Shown one piece after another: positions 46,400-56,508 of a stretch of 64,000 nucleotides of DNA. Position 1 is the stretch's first letter; the number at the start of each line of letters is the position of its first letter. The translations under genes and the position numbers were made by a program. The stretch comes from a virus. The stretch is taken from positions 45,581 through 109,580 of IMG/VR virus record IMGVR_UViG_3300032241_000811; one strand, given 5' to 3'. The notes beneath the pieces are model-generated. The model was not told the origin of the DNA. It saw nothing but the letters and a program-made list of their open reading frames with translations, and did not search any database.

Positions 46400-48103
46400 T
46401 TATACCAACTCCAATGAATCATTTATAAATCTCATGTTGGAACTGTCAAACAAAGGATCTTCATTCATCTTGTTGCTGCCATCTTTTATGTTAGGTGGAG
46501 CGCCCTGTTGTGCTGATGCTTGTTCTTCTCCAGGTGTAGGAGGAACTTGATTGACAGGCATTTGTGGATCAGCTTGTTCTATAGGATTGCCATTGGCATC
46601 TGTCTGTATTGGATTGCCATTCTCATCTGTCGGCTGGCTCTGTGCAGCCTCCATAGTCATCTCTTCTTGTAGTTTTTCAATTTCTTCATCGTCAAGCTGT
46701 AGAATATTGTGGCGAACCCAAGCCATTGAATAGTAACGACCAACATAAGGATCAACCATCTGCAAAACGGACATACGGTTTAAAAGTAATTCTGATTCTT
46801 TCAGTTCGGTAAAGTTGTTGTCTTTCTTGAAGTCATAATAGATGTCTTCCTTGAAAGCTTTCCATTCTTCTTCTGTACAGACTTTCTTGAGGACAAGCTG
46901 GACACGCATCACATCATCAAAGAGTGTTGAGAACTTGTTTCTCAGACGATTGACAAACTTAGAAAACTTCAGTTCGTCTCTGGTGATTTCTGTGCTGCGC
47001 CCTAATGAGAAGCCTTGCTGTGGTTCAAGTCTTGAGACTGGAACACTCAAAGCCTTATACAGCTTCTTTTCAAAATACTTTACATCTTCCAACTCACCCA
47101 GGTTCATACCGCCAGGCAGAGTTGTGATTTCAGTACCTTTACCACCTTCACGGCGAGGCAACCAGAAATCTTCAAGCATGGACAAATGCTTTCTGTCATC
47201 CTTGATTTCACCTGTGTTGCTGTCATATACAAGCTTGTTACGATACTTGACCATCACATCTCGCAGGTATTGTTCAGCTTTGATTGTTGGCATGTTACCA
47301 ACGTCAATATAGAATACACGGCGTTCTGGTGCGCGAGACAGTCTGTAGATAACTGTAGCATCTTCAACCATACGTAACTGGTTGAGCGGCTTGATAGCCT
47401 TGTGCAGATATGAGAGAACCATTGCTCTCTTGGAGTCCATCAGACCTGAGTTGACATTTACAACAGCGTCAATAGCAATCTTGGTGCCCAACTGAGAGTG
47501 AGCGCCAATCATACCTCTTTCATTGTAGAGGTAGTATTCTTTCATTGCTTTGATGATTTCCATACCGCTGTTTGGATCTTTTGCCTTTTGCACTTCGCGG
47601 ATTTTGCGAATACGGCGCGGGTCAATATATCTGAGTTCTTGAATGCCTTTGTTAGGAGACTTTTCATCTATAACGACATGATAGAATAATCTTCCATCAA
47701 CATACCATCTGCGAAAGAGTTCATGCCCCATGTTGCCAAAGTCCAATAGCTTTAGGACAACATCAAATTCATCTCTGATTCTTTTCTTGATTGCGTCTGG
47801 CTGATTGAGTTCATCCGTGACGATCTTGACGCCTTGTTCTTCATCGTCATTGACAATAGCTTCATTTACGATTTCATCCACAGCAGTTTCAAGTTCGGGC
47901 TGCATGGACATTTCACGATAGCGAGTGATAAGTTCTATTTCGTTTCGGACAACGCCGTCTAAGTCTACATATGTGCCATAGTAGGCACCCGACTGTATGG
48001 TTACGGCACCATCATCGGTTGTCGGCAGTGCGAAAGATTTGTTCTTTTCGTCCTGTTCTAGATTTTTCTTGCGGTTTATCTCAAACCCGAAGATTTGGAC
48101 CAT
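46400..48103 (-). CDS. 20: Portal protein gp20
   Basis: WYVDGR, IYRLSRAPERRVFYIDVGN, EDFWLPRREG. Confidence 0.98.
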   Translation of the reverse strand: MVQIFGFEINRKKNLEQDEKNKSFALPTTDDGAVTIQSGAYYGTYVDLDGVVRNEIELITRYREMSMQPELETAVDEIVNEAIVNDDEEQGVKIVTDELNQPDAIKKRIRDEFDVVLKLLDFGNMGHELFRRWYVDGRLFYHVVIDEKSPNKGIQELRYIDPRRIRKIREVQKAKDPNSGMEIIKAMKEYYLYNERGMIGAHSQLGTKIAIDAVVNVNSGLMDSKRAMVLSYLHKAIKPLNQLRMVEDATVIYRLSRAPERRVFYIDVGNMPTIKAEQYLRDVMVKYRNKLVYDSNTGEIKDDRKHLSMLEDFWLPRREGGKGTEITTLPGGMNLGELEDVKYFEKKLYKALSVPVSRLEPQQGFSLGRSTEITRDELKFSKFVNRLRNKFSTLFDDVMRVQLVLKKVCTEEEWKAFKEDIYYDFKKDNNFTELKESELLLNRMSVLQMVDPYVGRYYSMAWVRHNILQLDDEEIEKLQEEMTMEAAQSQPTDENGNPIQTDANGNPIEQADPQMPVNQVPPTPGEEQASAQQGAPPNIKDGSNKMNEDPLFDSSNMRFINDSLELV

Positions 48104-48122
48104 TTACTCTCACTCCTATGAA

Positions 48123-48156
48123 ATGGAGTGGACATGGGTTGACATATCCACTCCAT
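48123..48156 (-). terminator. Strong hairpin between gp19 and gp20 (terminator/attenuator)
   Basis: ATGGAGTGGA/TCCACTCCAT inverted repeat; only short T-run. Confidence 0.6.
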
Positions 48157-48175
48157 CAGAAAACATTACAATATA

Positions 48176-48766
48176 TTAGCTAGCAAAGTTGGCAATAGTG
48201 ACAGAACTAGATGTAGAATCCGTAGTTGGGTCAATGTCAATAGACTCCCACCATTGATAGCCGAATGTTACAGCAAACTCTTCTATGGTATCGTTTGCAG
48301 CCCAATCAAGATCAATAGGTGATACGTCAATAGGGAAAAGACCAACAAACTTGTATGTCTTGATGACACTGCCATCTTTACCATACTGTGTAACATATGC
48401 GTCCTTCTGATAGTCTGTTGGGCTTGTAAGAGAACGCAAGTTGCCAACGTGTGAATTGAGTTTGCTCATCCACTTTTCAAAAGTATTACGTACCTGGAAG
48501 TTTTCATCATTGATAATAGAAACCGTCCAGTCAGCAAATGATCTATTACCAGAAAACTTCAGTTCGCGTCCAAAGTAGAACAGAGGAACGTGATTGACCA
48601 TTGAACCAGGAAGTTGACCAGTGCGGCACATAAAGTTGAAAGTCACATCGGCGCCAGATGTTGCGCCGATGTTTGTTGTTAGACCTGGAATAGAGCAAGA
48701 GAAAAGATTGGGGCGTGCGCCGTCTCCCGTCATGCGTGATCTAAAGTCTGATACGTTGAATGCCAT
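48176..48766 (-). CDS. 19: Tail tube protein gp19
   Basis: GARPNLF, GRELKFSG.R, FPIDVSPIDLDW. Confidence 0.96.
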   Translation of the reverse strand: MAFNVSDFRSRMTGDGARPNLFSCSIPGLTTNIGATSGADVTFNFMCRTGQLPGSMVNHVPLFYFGRELKFSGNRSFADWTVSIINDENFQVRNTFEKWMSKLNSHVGNLRSLTSPTDYQKDAYVTQYGKDGSVIKTYKFVGLFPIDVSPIDLDWAANDTIEEFAVTFGYQWWESIDIDPTTDSTSSSVTIANFAS

Positions 48767-48793
48767 TTTAGTATGAACTCCTTCTTATAATTC

Positions 48794-48801
48794 TATTTAT
48801 A
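48794..48801 (-). promoter_or_regulatory. T4 late promoter TATAAATA (gp19)
   Basis: Exact consensus. Confidence 0.85.
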
Positions 48802-48816
48802 TGCTTTTCTCAACCG

Positions 48817-50529
48817 TTAGAACTGTCCAACGATTTCGTCAAATGATACTCCGGTTCTTACGGCAACGAAGTTCAGTTGAATGAAGTTGATACTTCTGGC
48901 AGGCTTGATATAGATGTCGCCAACAAACTGATTAGCGTCAATGACATCTGGTGTATTGTTTGTAGTATCGCAAACAACACGATAGTCATAGATACCTCTA
49001 CGACCTTGTACGTCTCTCAAGAAAGGTTCTACAAGAGATACGAACTGAGCGCGGGTAAACTCGTCATTGAACTCAAACAAGCTGTACTTTGCTGCTCTGG
49101 AAATAGCTTTTTCAAGAACGATAAACAAGCGACGAACATTGATTCTATCAAATGCTGATGGACGATCAAGAAGTGTCTTGTCTCCATAAAGCACTGTGCC
49201 TTCGCCTGGGAATGAAACAACAGGGTTGATACCTGACTTGTAGAGAGTATCACGATCTGTCTTGTTTGGATTCCAAGCAAGCTTGACAACATTCTTGATC
49301 TGACCGCGGTTGAAACCAGCTGGTGAATACCAAGGATCGCGGTCATTGTCAGTACGAACACAGAGACCAGCGATGTCACCGTTGAGAGGAACCCAACGAT
49401 AGATGTTGTTATACTTGTCAAACTGATATTTCCAGCCTGAGTCCATAACAGCATAAGAAGAAGATGGAAGCAAGTTTCTGTACGCAACAGCATTATCAGC
49501 CTCATATCCAAATTGATTGATTACATTTGAAGAAAGAGGAGAAATGAATGCTACACAATCATTACGTGACTCTACAACATTGTTGATGACGTAGGTTGCG
49601 ACATTATATGAAGCGGCACCTGTCAGAACAAGAGAGACATCAACTTCTTCTGCGTTCGTGAAGCGATCATATGCGGTAACAATTTGTGCATCTGTTACAT
49701 TAGCTGCAAGACCATTTGCTAGAACATATGAATAGTTTGCGTCTGAACCAAATGTTGTATTTGCACCAGTTGAGCCCCAATTTACATTGTTGGCAGCATG
49801 GTTGATGATGTAGATATACTTAGACTGATCATTGATGACGTTTACATAGTAGTTTGAAGAACCATCATCGTTCTTAGCGTCAAATGCCTTAGAGACATAT
49901 GAATATTTTTCAAGAACTGTATTAGGAGTAGCAAACTTACCCTTTTCGTCAATGACAAGGATGTGCATTTCGTCATTGGCGCCACCACGAGAACCAACAT
50001 AGTTAGAAGTAGAAGGTGCACCATTGAACTGATTTGCATAGTTAATTGTGCTGCTTCCCCATGCTGTCCAAGCCTGTGAGTTTGCAGAGTTGGCAAAAAT
50101 TTCAATACGCAGACCGTTGCCCAGATCACCAGGATAACGAGCAGCGATAGAACCGTTGAGAGCAAGGCTGGCTGTGAAAGGATTGTTCCAGTTATAGTTA
50201 TAATCAGCTTGATTGGCAATAAAAACGCCATTTGATCCGCTAGTTGCGTTCAAATCAGCAGCAGAATTAGCTGCACGGACAACAAGCAAATCACTGCCAT
50301 ATGACAAGAAGTTAGCTGCTGTGAACCAAGAAGCGATGGAATTTGCATCGCCGTATGGCTTACCGAAAGTGTTTACAAGTTCAACTTCATTACTGATCGT
50401 GACGATTGTGTTGGCTGGGCCCCATCCAAACTGTGATGCGATAGCACCAGTTGTCGTTCCTACAGCAGGAACAATAGTTGTCAGGTCGTATTCAGCTACA
50501 GAAACGCCTGGTGAAAGAGAAAAACTCAT
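48817..50529 (-). CDS. 18: Tail sheath protein gp18
   Basis: LSPGV, WYSPAG.NRG, FDRINVRRLF, IKPARSINFI. Confidence 0.98.
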   Translation of the reverse strand: MSFSLSPGVSVAEYDLTTIVPAVGTTTGAIASQFGWGPANTIVTISNEVELVNTFGKPYGDANSIASWFTAANFLSYGSDLLVVRAANSAADLNATSGSNGVFIANQADYNYNWNNPFTASLALNGSIAARYPGDLGNGLRIEIFANSANSQAWTAWGSSTINYANQFNGAPSTSNYVGSRGGANDEMHILVIDEKGKFATPNTVLEKYSYVSKAFDAKNDDGSSNYYVNVINDQSKYIYIINHAANNVNWGSTGANTTFGSDANYSYVLANGLAANVTDAQIVTAYDRFTNAEEVDVSLVLTGAASYNVATYVINNVVESRNDCVAFISPLSSNVINQFGYEADNAVAYRNLLPSSSYAVMDSGWKYQFDKYNNIYRWVPLNGDIAGLCVRTDNDRDPWYSPAGFNRGQIKNVVKLAWNPNKTDRDTLYKSGINPVVSFPGEGTVLYGDKTLLDRPSAFDRINVRRLFIVLEKAISRAAKYSLFEFNDEFTRAQFVSLVEPFLRDVQGRRGIYDYRVVCDTTNNTPDVIDANQFVGDIYIKPARSINFIQLNFVAVRTGVSFDEIVGQF

Positions 50530-50593
50530 TTTTTATACTCCTATACGATAATTGAAGTTATGGACATTATGAACTATTTAGAAAAAACACGAT

Positions 50594-52258
50594 TTATAGC
50601 TTTGGATTCCAGTTTAGGTCGCTAAATGGGTATCTCTTGTCTATATCTTCAAACCAAACCGTGCCTCTGTCGTCAACTTCCATCTTAGGTCTATACTCTT
50701 CCAACCCGTCTACTATGATCGGTGCTGGTGTTATATCATTGTCCATCAGGTTTAACTGCTCTTGCTGGAGTGTTTTTCTGATGTCATTCTTGATGTTTTC
50801 TTTGAAATAACGCTGTGCAGTAAGCCAGCCAAAGTGTACCAGAGTCATTGCCATATCATCATGGTTTCCTTCTTCAGCCCTGAAAGACTTTTTATCAGCA
50901 GAGAATGTTGTAAGTTCCATGATGGTATCAGCATCATTGATGATGAGTTTGTCTGATTCAATCAGTGTCTTGAGGTTTGAGCAACCAATCATCTTTGTCT
51001 GGTTTGATGTTTTCAGACCATAAGCAATACGTCTCTTGAAACCAGGTGTCTGCTGCTGCCCCTGCTTACCTTTCATTTCAATCTTGATAAGGTTTTCATA
51101 GGCCAGTTCAAAGTGCAGAATCTCAGAGACTTGCAGACCAATGCTATTGATTTCTACAAGCACAAAAGCTTCATTATAGAAGTTGCCATAAGTCGCTATC
51201 ACAGCAGGATAGAGCATTGGTGGTATCTTGTTGTTTCTATACTTTGCGACTTGTCGGTATGGTATTTCAGTCACATCAAATACAGAAAACGCAGAATAGT
51301 CAAGGTTCTGCCCTTCTGCAACATCAACAGTAATAGTATATGTGTGATCCTTGATAGGCTCTTCATAGATTTCCAGAAAGCCATCTTTGCGTATTGGGTT
51401 CTTGAACTTCATGGTAAGAAGCTTGGCAGAACTGATAAGTGTATTTGTAGAACCAAGGAACTCGCATTCAAACTCTTGATCAAACTGTTCCTGGCTGGTG
51501 TTACGAATGGTTTCTTCTTTCCATTTTTGATCACGCCCTGGAACCATTGACCAGTGAACTTCAATGGGAACATACAAACTCTTGTGTTCAATCGCTTCGG
51601 TCCACATACGATAAAAGAGGTTCATGCCCTTTGGAGTAGAAACAATGATCACCTTGGTTGTTGAACCTGAAGTGATTGTAGGATATGTTGACATGAAGAA
51701 TGCTTCTGCGATGTTGTTTGGCACGTGGGCAAACTCATCAAGGAAGATGACATTGAATGAACGACCACGAACAGAACTGCCTGTTGTTGAGTCTGCCATT
51801 GCTCTTGATCCATTAGCCAGTTCAATAGAACCCTTGTTCCATTCTTTCACACCCTGTTGCAGGAATCTAGGCAAATGCTCATATGCAAGTTGCAGTCGCC
51901 CCAATAGTTCACGAGCCAATGAAGCTTTGTTGGCTAGAATAGCGACATTGACGTTTTCATTGAAGATAATGTAGTGTAGAATAAAAGCAACCGATGTGGT
52001 TGATTTACCGACCTGTCGAGGAAGCTTGCAGATAGAGAAACGATTATTATGGAACTTGTTCATCATTTCTTTCTGGAAGTCCCACATGTTGAATTTGACA
52101 AGACCTTTATCAAGGCTGATGATGTGAATAAAGTTTGTCGCAAAGTATACGGGGTCTACCATACACTTTTTGTATTCGTTTATCTCAACAGCAGTAAACT
52201 GATGAACATAATCGTCTCTGGGCAGGTTTGGATTGTTTTGATAGCCTTTATTATTCAT
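50594..52258 (-). CDS. 17: Terminase large subunit gp17
   Basis: PRQVGKST, IFLDEFAH, VDVAEG, HDD. Confidence 0.98.
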   Translation of the reverse strand: MNNKGYQNNPNLPRDDYVHQFTAVEINEYKKCMVDPVYFATNFIHIISLDKGLVKFNMWDFQKEMMNKFHNNRFSICKLPRQVGKSTTSVAFILHYIIFNENVNVAILANKASLARELLGRLQLAYEHLPRFLQQGVKEWNKGSIELANGSRAMADSTTGSSVRGRSFNVIFLDEFAHVPNNIAEAFFMSTYPTITSGSTTKVIIVSTPKGMNLFYRMWTEAIEHKSLYVPIEVHWSMVPGRDQKWKEETIRNTSQEQFDQEFECEFLGSTNTLISSAKLLTMKFKNPIRKDGFLEIYEEPIKDHTYTITVDVAEGQNLDYSAFSVFDVTEIPYRQVAKYRNNKIPPMLYPAVIATYGNFYNEAFVLVEINSIGLQVSEILHFELAYENLIKIEMKGKQGQQQTPGFKRRIAYGLKTSNQTKMIGCSNLKTLIESDKLIINDADTIMELTTFSADKKSFRAEEGNHDDMAMTLVHFGWLTAQRYFKENIKNDIRKTLQQEQLNLMDNDITPAPIIVDGLEEYRPKMEVDDRGTVWFEDIDKRYPFSDLNWNPKL

Positions 52259-52472
52259 TCAACTTATCTTTTATCCAGTCGTCTGGAGTCTTGTTATATC
52301 TTTTCATCCATGCGTTATGTAGAGCCTTGGGTGTCATATCATGTTCTTTGGCAATCCGTTGCATGATTGTGTCAATGCCGTCATAGCTTGTCACTTTGTT
52401 CTTTTCAAGAGCAGAAGCAAGTTCAGCACAGCAGTCTTTTTCTTCTTTTAGAAACTGTCTAAGTGTTTTCAT
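52251..52472 (-). CDS. Small internal-protein-like gene between gp16 and gp17
   Basis: Likely start MKTLRQFLKEE resembles T4 internal protein capsid-targeting sequence. Confidence 0.65.
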   Translation of the reverse strand: MKTLRQFLKEEKDCCAELASALEKNKVTSYDGIDTIMQRIAKEHDMTPKALHNAWMKRYNKTPDDWIKDKLNE

Positions 52473-52908
52473 TCTTTTCTTCCTTGATCTTCTTGAGCAG
52501 ATCCGCTGTAGTTCCAACAAACACAGCTTTTTCTACTGTGACAGTGCTTCCCTGTGCAGCTTTCGGCTCTTCTGTTTTTAGCAAGTCCTTGTTCTTCTTT
52601 TGCAGTTCAAACAAGTCTTTGGTGGCAGCAGCAACAGTGTTTATCATAGTTGATAGCACTTCATATGCTCTTGGGCTTTCGGACTCTTTAGCCAAGTCTG
52701 TCAGGCTTTCCATGGCATCATTGCCTTTGGTGATCAAGTCTCTGAAAGTCTTTCGTGCAAGAAGATAGTCGGCCTCTGTATCACTATTTTCATGAGGTGT
52801 ATTGGGAACGGCTATCTCTTGTGTTGTCTTTTTTTCTGGAGGAATAATCTCAACGGCATTTTCAATACCTAGTGCCGTTGAGATAGCCTCGTCTCGCTTT
52901 GATGTCAT
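52459..52908 (-). CDS. 16: Terminase small subunit gp16
   Basis: ADYLLAR, ESPRAYEV, FVGTTADL. Confidence 0.93.
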   Translation of the reverse strand: MTSKRDEAISTALGIENAVEIIPPEKKTTQEIAVPNTPHENSDTEADYLLARKTFRDLITKGNDAMESLTDLAKESESPRAYEVLSTMINTVAAATKDLFELQKKNKDLLKTEEPKAAQGSTVTVEKAVFVGTTADLLKKIKEEKNENT

Positions 52909-52933
52909 TATTACATATTACTTTCTATTAGTA

Positions 52934-54505
52934 TTAGTCCCAGTATTGATCGTCATCTGAAATGAAGAGATCCATCTTGTACGCTACTTTTACATGAACG
53001 TCACCTGATCTGTTGCCATACGGATATTCACGGAAGAAGATGCCTTCTGGGCCCCAGGAATAGAATAGATCAGAGTTGTTCTGATCATCTCCGTTATGAC
53101 TGTTACCAAACCAGCGATGATAGTCATAACTGTAAGTATCAAAAGTAACAGTGCCGCTCGGAGAAATATAATTGCCGTGATTGTTGTATCCACCAAACTC
53201 CGGATCAAGTTCAAAGCTATTCTGTGTATCTGCTGTATTCTCATATGGGCGAGTAATCTTGACAGTCCAATCAATACGACCAGATGTCACACCATTTGAT
53301 AGAGTCGGTCTAAAGAATGGTAGGTCGTCTTTCCAACTGAACCATTGAATCATATTTGTCGATGTTGACTTGCCTGGATCATACGCTTCAAGAGCAATTG
53401 AAGTACCCGGCTTGTTCCAGGTAATGGTGATCTGATCGCCTACAGCGCAAGTAGTAACGGCAGAAACAAGAGGAATAAACCAATTGTCTCCATAGTAGCT
53501 TAAATCGTTATATTCATATGTGCTTTGATAAGCATCAGGTGCAGATGCAATAGCTATTGTCTGCCCATTAACAGTAATTTGCCCACCAGAATAATATGCG
53601 TATTCAGCAAGTTGAGGATACAGAGTTCTGCTGACAGCAACATATGTTAGACCAGAAGTTACTACAGCAGCATTAGCATTGATTGTGAAGTTTTGATCGT
53701 CAATTCTTACTGTAATTGGTTTACCGTCAAATGTAATATTGTACGTACTACCAGAAACATTGGTAATAGATGTAATAGAACGAGCGTCATCTGCTAGATG
53801 CTGATTGTTATTGTTGATCCAATTGATTGGCTTGTCATCAAACACGATGCCAGACTTCGTTGGATTTGCGACTAACTTTGATGCAAGAGTTGAGTCTGTG
53901 ATGTTGATCTGAACTACATTGCTATTTGATGTAGGCTGTGTTGCTCTCCAGTCTTCAGAAACATATACGCCGTTCCATACAGCAGTAGTACCGTGTACCC
54001 AAGATATGATGGTGATTCTATCGCCCATATTGATAGTAGGATTGTTGGCTACAGTGACAGTGTAGATGTTACCATTTACTGTCATATTATTAAAACCGTA
54101 ATTATACTGCTGGCTGTAGTCGCCGTTGATGAAGATACGGTTGTTATATCCATAATTGTGATATGAGTCATAAACGATTGCGATGTCTGGATACACAGTG
54201 GCATCTACGGTGAAAGTGCCGTCAGTAGTAGAGGCAGTGGCAACTACATCAACCCAGCGATGCCCGCGTGGAGTAAACGTGAACTCCTTGACACCAGTTA
54301 CAGTATGATAACCGTATCTTGAATTATCTGAAGTGATCTTGAAAGCATCGCCTTCAAGAGCAAGGTCTTTCCAAGCAGTTACACCGTCACCGATCTTGAT
54401 TCTTCCAGAATCTAGAACATAAGCGATTTCACCTTGCCCGAGAACTGGATTAGCTGCTTCCCAGTTTGCGGCGGTGTCGCGTCTTAGTTGAATCTTCGTT
54501 GCCAT
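52934..54505 (-). CDS. Fibre/adhesin with Mtd/hyaluronidase-like N-terminal domain
   Basis: KIQLRRDTAANW...VLGQGE...KIGDGVTAW; Asn/Tyr/Thr-rich beta body. Confidence 0.75.
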   Translation of the reverse strand: MATKIQLRRDTAANWEAANPVLGQGEIAYVLDSGRIKIGDGVTAWKDLALEGDAFKITSDNSRYGYHTVTGVKEFTFTPRGHRWVDVVATASTTDGTFTVDATVYPDIAIVYDSYHNYGYNNRIFINGDYSQQYNYGFNNMTVNGNIYTVTVANNPTINMGDRITIISWVHGTTAVWNGVYVSEDWRATQPTSNSNVVQINITDSTLASKLVANPTKSGIVFDDKPINWINNNNQHLADDARSITSITNVSGSTYNITFDGKPITVRIDDQNFTINANAAVVTSGLTYVAVSRTLYPQLAEYAYYSGGQITVNGQTIAIASAPDAYQSTYEYNDLSYYGDNWFIPLVSAVTTCAVGDQITITWNKPGTSIALEAYDPGKSTSTNMIQWFSWKDDLPFFRPTLSNGVTSGRIDWTVKITRPYENTADTQNSFELDPEFGGYNNHGNYISPSGTVTFDTYSYDYHRWFGNSHNGDDQNNSDLFYSWGPEGIFFREYPYGNRSGDVHVKVAYKMDLFISDDDQYWD

Positions 54506-54535
54506 TTATTTCTCCTATAGATTTCTTTTTATTTA

Positions 54536-55399
54536 TTAGATTTGATTTGCACCGCCGCCGTCAATGAGGCTGGCTGAATGTTTATTGTTAAATGATACAC
54601 CACCGTCAAGGGCTGCTTCATAAGCGCCAAATACAGATTCACCGGATCCACCATCAAAACCAATATCATATTTGCTGAATACAGCAGTAGATGTTCCTCC
54701 ATCAGCATCAATATCAAGAGCATTTACATTGAATAAGGGTCTATGTAAATTGTCATAAACATTGCCTTTTGTAGTAAACTTGATATCACCACCAAGAGTT
54801 AGATTTCTTCCTGATGTAATATCCCCACCCGCCGTAATATCATTATTGGCTATAACACTTTGTCTAGATACGATTGTCACATCAGATATAAGCTTAGATG
54901 TAACTCCGTCTAGAGTTACTGCATAAGAATAATTGTTATTTGGAGTTGCTGTATTTTTGATTACAAAGAACTGATATGTTTCTGGATATGATAAGCTTCC
55001 TTGTACATAATATGTTGAATCAGAGATTTGTTCCGATAATACAAACATACTATTGTTGGCAAGAACAACAGGGCTCATAAAGTTACCAAAAGATATATCT
55101 CCATTAGCCGCAGAAACTAAACCAGGTGTCACCAGATTACCATATTGATCAATAGTAGTTTGAACACCAGGTGCTGTGTTTATTGTAAAGTTTGCGCCTT
55201 TATAAGTTGATATCCTAATGTCATTACCAAAAATGCCAATGGAACCGTTAGGGTCTGTATAGTTGCCAATTTTCAATAAAGCAGTATTAGACTGATACAG
55301 TTCATCAAAGTTCTCATTGACTTTTGTAAATGCCGTGCGTAAACCATCACCCCTGCCATCATTAGCTATAATACCTGTGTTTATGTGTTGTTTTGACAT
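54536..55399 (-). CDS. Fibre/adaptor with gp9/gp10-like N-terminal attachment motif
   Basis: KQHINTG..ANDGRGDGLRTAFTKVNENFDELY; C-terminal DGG repeats. Confidence 0.7.
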   Translation of the reverse strand: MSKQHINTGIIANDGRGDGLRTAFTKVNENFDELYQSNTALLKIGNYTDPNGSIGIFGNDIRISTYKGANFTINTAPGVQTTIDQYGNLVTPGLVSAANGDISFGNFMSPVVLANNSMFVLSEQISDSTYYVQGSLSYPETYQFFVIKNTATPNNNYSYAVTLDGVTSKLISDVTIVSRQSVIANNDITAGGDITSGRNLTLGGDIKFTTKGNVYDNLHRPLFNVNALDIDADGGTSTAVFSKYDIGFDGGSGESVFGAYEAALDGGVSFNNKHSASLIDGGGANQI

Positions 55400-55405
55400 G
55401 GTTCC

Positions 55406-56506
55406 TTACTCTGTGTCTACTGTTAGATTGTTGTTGTCAGCAGTAAATACATCGGAGTCTGCTGATGGTTGATAGTTGTTCAGCGGTGGTTCATAGCCAC
55501 CCTCATCCCATTCATTTATTGTGGTTGTAAATCCAAAGTCATCGCCTGAATTTGCTGTCAAAGGATTTGGTGTAATCTTGATAGCAGAGTATTTGACTGG
55601 TTCAGATTGGAAGCTTAGAATGTTGCACACAGCATTTGTAGACGCTGCGTGTATTTTTGTATTGACAAGAAACTGCCCCTGTGTTCTTTCCAATACCAAT
55701 ATGTTATTGAGTGAGTCCCAAGATGAGACTACACCATATGCTGTCGTTGTTTTTGGATTATTGCCAGCATAGACAGTATCGTATTGCTTGAAGAATGAGT
55801 TGCCCAAAGGCTTTGATGTATTGATCTTGACAACATGGTTTGTAGCAAGAGCAGGGTCTTCGTAGATGTTTGCAAAGACTGTGCGAATGATCTTTGGTGT
55901 CTGCACAGGACCATAATAGTAACCCTTCATGGTGAATGAAAGTGTCCAGTTGACATAACGCACCTGGTCAAAGCCACCTTCATGCTCAATGTTATAGCTT
56001 ACATTATTGAGAATGATTGGCACATCTCTGAGAAAGCCAAGTTGCGGTACCATGTTGGTTGTCACAGTATAGTCTGGATTGAAGTAAGGTAAAATCTGTT
56101 CTGCAATCTGTGTGCCATCATCCACGTTACGAGCATAGATGACAAGTTCAAAGTTGATATCATAAGGCACACCCATATACTGTGTTGCGCCAGTGCTTGA
56201 TGTATTTGCAACAACACCTGATCTTAGCAATGAGTTTTGTTTGCGTGAAGCATCATAGGACATACCAGTGATTTCAAATGACATTCTTGGAAGCAATGTC
56301 TGTATCGCTCTGTTGAAATCAGGATCAGTTCTCAGCCTTGTGAAATACTTTTCCTTTGGTGCATAGACAATAGGCACCTTGATGCGTTCTATTTCTCCGC
56401 CAGTGACTTTGTTGATCTTTTTCAGCGTTATGTTATTGAACATATTGCCAAAGGTAACAACATACTTGCGTGTGAGTTGGTGGTAGAAGTAGGCATTTGA
56501 CAGCAT
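55406..56506 (-). CDS. 15: Tail terminator/sheath stabiliser gp15
   Basis: FGNMFNNI, VPIVYAPKEK, LPRMSFE, EQILPYF. Confidence 0.93.
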   Translation of the reverse strand: MLSNAYFYHQLTRKYVVTFGNMFNNITLKKINKVTGGEIERIKVPIVYAPKEKYFTRLRTDPDFNRAIQTLLPRMSFEITGMSYDASRKQNSLLRSGVVANTSSTGATQYMGVPYDINFELVIYARNVDDGTQIAEQILPYFNPDYTVTTNMVPQLGFLRDVPIILNNVSYNIEHEGGFDQVRYVNWTLSFTMKGYYYGPVQTPKIIRTVFANIYEDPALATNHVVKINTSKPLGNSFFKQYDTVYAGNNPKTTTAYGVVSSWDSLNNILVLERTQGQFLVNTKIHAASTNAVCNILSFQSEPVKYSAIKITPNPLTANSGDDFGFTTTINEWDEGGYEPPLNNYQPSADSDVFTADNNNLTVDTE

Positions 56507-56508
56507 CT

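Noticed and set aside
52934-53300. DGR variable region in the Mtd-N protein
   Set aside because: No C-type lectin-like C-terminal motif, no second copy and no reverse transcriptase in the window
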